From: Auanema rhodensis
Taxonomy: Eukaryota > Animalia > Nematoda
Direction of reading: 5' to 3'
Assembly: GCA_964057225.1 (NCBI GenBank)
Contig: OZ059898.1
Span: forward strand, 16,678,001 to 16,742,000
DNA length: 64,000 bases
Shown here: positions 55,601-64,000 of the stretch, piece by piece
Layout of the letters: every line of letters begins with the position of its first letter
Numbering within the stretch: the first letter of the stretch is position 1
Notes under the pieces: generated by a model
The model's database searches: none
Seen by the model: only the letters and a program-made list of their open reading frames with translations
Told to the model about the DNA's origin: nothing
Translations under genes and position numbers: made by a program

Positions 55601-57300
55601 ACTAATATGGACATGGGGAATCTAATTTTGAAAACCGCATCTCTTTATCTTTCACGTGAAGCGAGTTACATACCAAGTGCACATCACGTGTACATTTAAT
55701 TAGCATAAATTAAAGTTCACGTAAATTTCAAAGTCATGGTTACCATGAACCAATATCAATAAAAATTTGTTTTTAGACTAGGATGGACATGGGGAATCTA
55801 ATTTTGAAAACCGCATCTCTTTATCTTTCACGTGAAGCGAGTTACATACCAAGTGCACATCACGTGTACATTTAATTAGCATAAATTAAAGTTCACGTAA
55901 ATTTCAAAGTCATGGTTACCATGAACCAATATCAATAAAAATTTGTTTTTAGACTAATATGGACATGGGGAATCTAATTATGAAAACCGCATCTCTTTAT
56001 CTTTCACGTGAAGCGAGTTACATACCAAATGCACATCACGTGTACATTTAATTAGCATAAATTAAAGTTCACGTAAATTTCAAAGTCATGTTTACCATGA
56101 ACCAATATCAATAAAAATTTGTTTTTAGACTAGGATGGACATGGGGAATCTAATTTTGAAAACCGCATCTCTTTATCTTTCACGTGAAGCGAGTTACATA
56201 CCAAGTGCACATCACGTGTACATTTAATTAGCATAAATTAAAGTTCACGTAAATTTCAAAGTCATGGTTACCATGCACCAATATCAATAAAAATTTGTTT
56301 TTAGACTAATATGGACATGGGGAATCTAATTTTGAAAACCGCATCTCTTTATCTTTCACGTGAAGCGAGTTACATACCAAGTGCACATCACGTGTACATT
56401 TAATTAGCATAAATTAAAGTTCACGTAAATTTCAAAGTCATGGTTACCATGAACCAATATCAATAAAAATTTGTTTTTAAACTAATATGGACATGGGGAA
56501 TCTAATTTTGAAAACCGCATCTCTTTATCTTTCACGTGAAGCGAGTTACATACCAAGTGCACATCACGTGTACATTTAATTAGCATAAATTAAAGTTCAC
56601 GTAAATTTCAAAGTCATGGTTACCATGAACCAATATCAATAAAAATTTGTTTTTAGACTAATATGGACATGGGGAATCTAATTTTGAAAACCGCATCTCT
56701 TTATCTTTCACGTGAAGCGAGTTACATACCAAGTGCACATCACGTGTACATTTAATTAGCATAAATTAAAGTTCACGTAAATTTCAAAGTCATGGTTACC
56801 ATGAACTAATATCAACAAAAATTTGTTTTGAGACTAATATGGACATGGGGAATCTAATTTTGAAAACCGCATCTCTTTATCTTTCACGTGAAGCGAGTTA
56901 CATACCAAGTGCACATCACGTGTACATTTAATTAGCATAAATTAAAGTTCACGTAAATTTCAAAGACATGGTTACCATGAACCAATATCAATAAAAATTT
57001 GTTTTTAGACTAATATGGACATGGGGAATCTAATTTTGAAAACCATATCTCTTTATCTTTCACGTGAAGCGAGTTACATACCAAGTACACATCACGTGTA
57101 CATTTAATTAGCATAAATTAAAGTTCACGTAAATTTCAAAGTCATGGTTACCATGCACCAATATCAATAAAAATTTGTTTTTAGACTAATATGGACATGG
57201 GGAATCTAATTTTGAAAACCGCATCTCTTTATCTTTCACGTGAAGCGAGTTACATACCAAGTGCACATCACGTGTACATTTAATTAGCATAAATTAAAGT
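49700..57300. repeat. 22-monomer (3872-bp) tandem block duplication; boundaries approximate
   Basis: Rare SNPs recur at +3872: 50055/53927, 50193/54065, 51052/54924, 52108/55980 and 52157/56029. Confidence 0.85.
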
Positions 57301-60300
57301 TCACGTAAATTTCAAAGTCATGGTTACCATGAACCAATATCAATAAAAATTTGTTTTTAGACTAATATGGACATGGGGAATCTAATTTTGAAAACCGCAT
57401 CTCTTTATCTTTTACGTGAAGCGAGTTACATACCAAGTGCACATCACGTGTACATTTAATTAGCATAAATTAAAGTTCACGTAAATTTCAAAGTCATGGT
57501 TACCATGAACCAATATCAATAAAAATTTGTTTTTAGACTAATATGGACATGGGGAATCTAATTTTGAAAACCGCATCTCTTTATCTTTCACGTGAAGCGA
57601 GTTACATACCAAGTGCACATCACGTGTACATTTAATTAGCATAAATTAAAGTTCACGTAAATTTCAAAGTCATGGTTACCATGAACCAATATCAACAAAA
57701 ATTTGTTTTGAGACTAATATGGACATGGGGAATCTAATTTTGAAAACCGCATCTCTTTATCTTTCACGTGAAGCGAATTACATACCAAGTGCACATCACG
57801 TTTACATTTAATTAGCATAAATTAAAGTTCACGTAAATTTCAAAGTCATGGTTACCATGAACCAATATCAATAAAAATTTGTTTTTAGACTAATATGGAC
57901 ATGGGGAATCTAATTTTGAAAACCGCATCTCTTTATCTTTCACGTGAAGCGAGTTACATACCAAGTGCACATCACGTTTACATTTAATTAGCATAAATTA
58001 AAGTTCACGTAAATTTCAAAGTCATGGTTACCATGAACCAATATCAATAAAAATTTGTTTTTAGACTAATATGGACATGGGGAATCTAATTTTGAAAACC
58101 GCATCTCTTGATCTTTCACGTGAAGCGAGTTACATACCAAGTGCACATCACGTGTACATTTAATTAGCATAAATTAAAGTTCACGTAAATTTCAAAGTCA
58201 TGGTTACCATGAACAAATATCAATAAAAATTTGTTTTTAGACTAATATGGACATGGAGAATCTAATTTTGAAAACCGCATCTCTTTATCTTTCACGTGAA
58301 GCGAGTTACATACCAAGTGCACATCACGTGTACATTTAATTAGCATAAATTAAAGTTCACGTAAATTTCAAAGTCATGGTTACCATGAACCAATATCAAT
58401 AAAAATTTGTTTTTAGACTAATATGGACATGGGGAATCTAATTTTGAAAACCGCATCTCTTTATCTTTCACGTGAAGCGAGTTACATACCAAGTGCACAT
58501 CACGTGTACATTTAATTAGCATAAATTAAAGTTCACGTAAATTTCAAAGACATGGTTACCATGAACCAATATCAATAAAAATTTGTTTTTAGACTAATAT
58601 GGACATGGGGAATCTAATTTTGAAAACCGTATCTCTTTATCTTTCACGTGAAGCGAGTTACATACCAAGTACACATCACGTGTACATTTAATTAGCATAA
58701 ATTAAAGTTCACGTAAATTTCAAAGTCATGGTTACCATGCACCAATATCAATAAAAATTTGTTTTTAGACAAATATGGACATGGGGAATCTAATTTTGAA
58801 AACCGCATCTCTTTATCTTTCACGTGAAGCGAGTTACATACCAAGTGCACATCACGTGTACATTTAATTAGCATAAATTAAAGTTCACGTAAATTTCAAA
58901 GTCATGGTTACCATGAACCAATATCAATAAAAATTTGTTTTTAGACTAATATGGACATGGGGAATCTAATTTTGAAAACCGCATCTCTTTATCTTTCACG
59001 TGAAGCGAGTTACATACCAAGTGCACATCACGTGTACATTTAATTAGCATAAATTAAAGTTCACGTAAATTTCAAAGTCATGGTTACCATGAACCAATAT
59101 CAATAAAAATTTGTTTTTAGACTAATATGGACATGGGGAATCTAATTTTGAAAACCGCATCTCTTTATCTTTCACGTGAAGCGAGTTACATACCAAGTGC
59201 ACATCACGTGTACATTTAATTAGCATAAATTAAAGTTCACGTAAATTTCAAAGTCATGGTTACCATGAACTAATATCAACAAAAATTTGTTTTGAGACTA
59301 ATATGGACATGGGGAATCTAATTTTGAAAACCGCATCTCTTTATCTTTCACGTGAAGCGAGTTACATACCAAGTGCACATCACGTTTACATTTAATTAGC
59401 ATAAATTAAAGTTCACGTAAATTTCAAAGTCATGGTTACCATGCACCAATATCAATAAAAATTTGTTTTTAGACTAATATGGACATGGAGAATCTAATTT
59501 TGAAAACCGCATCTCTTTATCTCTCACGTGAAGCGAGTTACATACCAAGTACACATCACGTGTACATTTAATTAGCATAAATTAAAGTTCACGTAAATTT
59601 CAAAGTCATGGTTACCATGAACCAATATCAACAAAAATTTGTTTTGAGACTAATATGGACATGGGGAATCTAATTTTAAAAACCGCATCTCTTTATCTTT
59701 CACGTGAAGCGAGTTACATACCAAGTGCACATCACGTGTACATTTAATTAGCATAAATTAAAGTTCACGTAAATTTCAAAGTCATGGTTACCATGAACCA
59801 ATATCAATAAAAATTTGTTTTTAGACTAATATGGACATGGGGAATCTAATTTTGAAAACCGCATCTCTTTATCTTTCACGTGAAGCGAGTTACATACCAA
59901 GTGCACATCACGTGTACATTTAATTAGCATAAATTAAAGTTCACGTAAATTTCAAAGTCATGGTTACCATGAACCAATATCAATAAAAATTTGTTTTTAG
60001 ACTAATATGGACATGGGGAATCTAATTTTGAAAACCGCATCTCTTTATCTTTCACGTGAAGCGAGTTACATACCAAGTGCACATCACGTTTACATTTAAT
60101 TAGCATAAATTAAAGTTCACGTAAATTTCAAAGTCATGGTTACCATGAACCAATATCAATAAAAATTTGTTTTTAGACTAATATGGACATGGGGAATCTA
60201 ATTTTGAAAACCGCATCTCTTGATCTTTCACGTGAAGCGAGTTACATACCAAGTGCACATCACGTGTACATTTAATTAGCATAAATTAAAGTTCACGTAA

Positions 60301-63300
60301 ATTTCAAAGTCATGGTTACCATGAACAAATATCAATAAAAATTTGTTTTTAGACTAATATGGACATGGAGAATCTAATTTTGAAAACCGCATCTCTTTAT
60401 CTTTCACGTGAAGCGAGTTACATACCAAGTGCACATCACGTGTACATTTAATTAGCATAAATTAAAGTTCACGTAAATTTCAAAGTCATGGTTACCATGA
60501 ACCAATATCAATAAAAATTTGTTTTTAGACTAATATGGACATGGGGAATCTAATTTTGAAAACCGCATCTCTTTATCTTTCACGTGAAGCGAGTTACATA
60601 CCAAGTGCACATCACGTGTACATTTAATTAGCATAAATTAAAGTTCACGTAAATTTCAAAGACATGGTTACCATGAACCAATATCAATAAAAATTTGTTT
60701 TTAGACTAATATGGACATGGGGAATCTAATTTTGAAAACCGTATCTCTTTATCTTTCACGTGAAGCGAGTTACATACCAAGTACACATCACGTGTACATT
60801 TAATTAGCATAAATTAAAGTTCACGTAAATTTCAAAGTCATGGTTACCATGCACCAATATCAATAAAAATTTGTTTTTAGACAAATATGGACATGGGGAA
60901 TCTAATTTTGAAAACCGCATCTCTTTATCTTTCACGTGAAGCGAGTTACATACCAAGTGCACATCACGTGTACATTTAATTAGCATAAATTAAAGTTCAC
61001 GTAAATTTCAAAGTCATGGTTACCATGCACCAATATCAATAAAAATTTGTTTTTAGACTAATATGGACATGGGGAATCTAATTTTGAAAACCGCATCTCT
61101 TTATCTTTCACGTGAAGCGAGTTACATACCAAGTGCACATCACGTTTACATTTAATTAGCATAAATTAAAGTTCACGTAAATTTCAAAGTCATGGTTACC
61201 ATGAACCAATATCAACAAAAATTTGTTTTGAGACTAATATGGACATGGGGAATCTAATTTTAAAAACCGCATCTCTTTATCTTTCACGTGAAGCGAGTTA
61301 CCTACCAAGTGCACATCACGTGTACATTTAATTAGCATAAATTAAAGTTCACGTAAATTTCAAAGTCATGGTTACCATGAACCAATATCAATAAAAATTT
61401 GTTTTTAGACTAATATGGACATGGGGAATCTAATTTTGAAAACCGCATCTCTTTATCTTTCACGTGAAGCGAGTTACATACCAAGTGCACATCACGTGTA
61501 CATTTAATTAGCATAAATTAAAGTTCACGTAAATTTCAAAGACATGGTTACCATGAACCAATATCAATAAAAATTTGTTTTTAGACTAATATGGACATGG
61601 GGAATCTAATTTTGAAAACCGCATCTCTTTATCTTTCACGTGAAGCGAGTTACATACCAAGTGCACATCACGTGTACATTTAATTAGCATAAATTAAAGT
61701 TCACGTAAATTTCAAAGTCATGGTTACCATGAACCAATATCAATAAAAATTTGTTTTTAGACTAATATGGACATGGGGAATCTAATTTTGAAAACCGCAT
61801 CTCTTGATCTTTCACGTGAAGCGAGTTACATACCAAGTGCACATCACGTGTACATTTAATTAGCATAAATTAAAGTTCACGTAAATTTCAAAGTCATGGT
61901 TACCATGAACAAATATCAATAAAAATTTGTTTTTAGACTAATATGGACATGGAGAATCTAATTTTGAAAACCGCATCTCTTTATCTTTCACGTGAAGCGA
62001 GTTACATACCAAGTGCACATCACGTGTACATTTAATTAGCATAAATTAAAGTTCACGTAAATTTCAAAGTCATGGTTACCATGAACCAATATCAACAAAA
62101 ATTTGTTTTGAGACTAATATGGACATGGGGAATCTAATTTTAAAAACCGCATCTCTTTATCTTTCACGTGAAGCGAGTTACCTACCAAGTGCACATCACG
62201 TGTACATTTAATTAGCATAAATTAAAGTTCACGTAAATTTCAAAGTCATGGTTACCATGAACCAATATCAATAAAAATTTGTTTTTAGACTAATATGGAC
62301 ATGGGGAATCTAATTTTGAAAACCGCATCTCTTTATCTTTCACGTGAAGCGAGTTACATACCAAGTGCACATCACGTGTACATTTAATTAGCATAAATTA
62401 AAGTTCACGTAAATTTCAAAGTCATGGTTACCATGAACCAATATCAATAAAAATTTGTTTTGAGACTAATATGGACATGGGGAATCTAATTTTGAAAACC
62501 GCATCTCTTTATCTTTCACGTGAAGCGAGTTACATACCAAGTGCACATCACGTTTACATTTAATTAGCATAAATTAAAGTTCACGTAAATTTCAAAGTCA
62601 TGGTTACCATGCACCAATATCAATAAAAATTTGTTTTTAGACTAATATGGACATGGAGAATCTAATTTTGAAAACCGCATCTCTTTATCTCTCACGTGAA
62701 GCGAGTTACATACCAAGTACACATCACGTGTACATTTAATTAGCATAAATTAAAGTTCACGTAAATTTCAAAGTCATGGTTACCATGAACCAATATCAAC
62801 AAAAATTTGTTTTGAGACTAATATGGACATGGGGAATCTAATTTTAAAAACCGCATCTCTTTATCTTTCACGTGAAGCGAGTTACATACCAAGTGCACAT
62901 CACGTGTACATTTAATTAGCATAAATTAAAGTTCACGTAAATTTCAAAGTCATGGTTACCATGAACCAATATCAATAAAAATTTGTTTTTAGACTAATAT
63001 GGACATGGGGAATCTAATTTTGAAAACCGCATCTCTTTATCTCTCACGTGAAGCGAGTTACATACCAAGTGCACATCACGTGTACATTTAATTAGCATAA
63101 ATTAAAGTTCACGTAAATTTCAAAGTCATGGTTCCCATGAACCAATATCAATAAAAATTTGTTTTTAGACTAATATGGACATGGGGAATCTAATTTTGAA
63201 AACCGCATCTCTTTATCTTTCACGTGAAGCGAGTTACATACCAAGTGCACATCACGTGTACATTTAATTAGCATAAATTAAAGTTCACGTAAATTTCAAA

Positions 63301-64000
63301 GTCATGGTTACCATGAACCAATATCAATAAAAATTTGTTTTTAGACTAGAATGGACATGGGGAATCTAATTTTGAAAACCGCATCTCTTTATCTTTCACG
63401 TGAAGCGAGTTACATACCAAGTGCACATCACGTGTACATTTAATTAGCATAAATTAAAGTTCACGTAAATTTCAAAGTCATGGTTACCATGCACCAATAT
63501 CAATAAAAATTTGTTTTTAGACTAATATGGACATGGGGAATCTAATTTTGAAAACCGCATCTCTTTATCTTTTACGTGAAGCGAGTTACATACCAAGTGC
63601 ACATCACGTGTACATTTAATTAGCATAAATTAAAGTTCACGTAAATTTCAAAGTCATGGTTACCATGAACCAATATCAATAAAAATTTGTTTTTAGACTA
63701 ATATGGACATGGGGAATCTAATTTTGAAAACCGCATCTCTTTATCTTTCACGTGAAGCGAGTTACATACCAAGTGCACATCACGTGTACATTTAATTAGC
63801 ATAAATTAAAGTTCACGTAAATTTCAAAGTCATGGTTACCATGAACAAATATCAATAAAAATTTGTTTTTAGACTAATATGGACATGGGGAATCTAATTT
63901 TGAAAACCGCATCTCTTTATCTTTCACGTGAAGCGAGTTACATACCAAGTGCACATCACGTGTACATTTAATTAGCATAAATTAAAGTTCACGTAAATTT

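Larger units (their letters stand above)
29990..64000. repeat. 176-bp tandem satellite array, right arm (~193 monomers); runs off the window end
   Basis: Same unit and orientation, resuming at monomer position 31 (acgtgtacatt at 29990). Unit starts at 30136 and 63928 both fit 29960+176n, so there is no net indel. Confidence 0.99.

Noticed and set aside
1-64000. CRISPR array or other repeat-spacer system with an associated RT
   Set aside because: There are no unique spacers, since the whole unit is repeated, and no cas genes. The RT has eukaryotic LINE motifs, not those of retrons, group II introns or DGRs.

Overview
This is eukaryotic satellite DNA, probably centromeric or pericentromeric, and not a gene-bearing or prokaryotic region. 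About 62.4 kb is one head-to-tail array of an AT-rich (~32% GC) 176-bp monomer, about 354 copies in one orientation. Copies differ only by substitutions, and the 176-bp phase is exact at every checkpoint examined. The array is interrupted once, at 28371-29989, by a 1.6-kb 5'-truncated non-LTR retrotransposon (CR1/L2-group LINE, + strand). It sits in the palindromic CACGTG of one monomer with a 4-bp ACGT target-site duplication. The fragment has the C-terminal part of a reverse transcriptase ORF, frameshifted in a T7 run, and a ~490-nt 3' UTR with almost no poly(A) tail. By hand, that UTR pairs into a long rod-like stem enclosing a multi-hairpin domain. This is the best candidate for an undescribed functional element in the window. 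The monomer is rich in dyad symmetries and carries three phased TCACGT motifs and a CENP-B-box-like 17-mer. SNP haplotypes show nested 4-, 6-, 12-, 18-, 19- and 22-mer block duplications and a >15-kb ancestral duplication. The five 60-aa ORFs in the track are satellite artefacts. The organism cannot be identified from the sequence alone.
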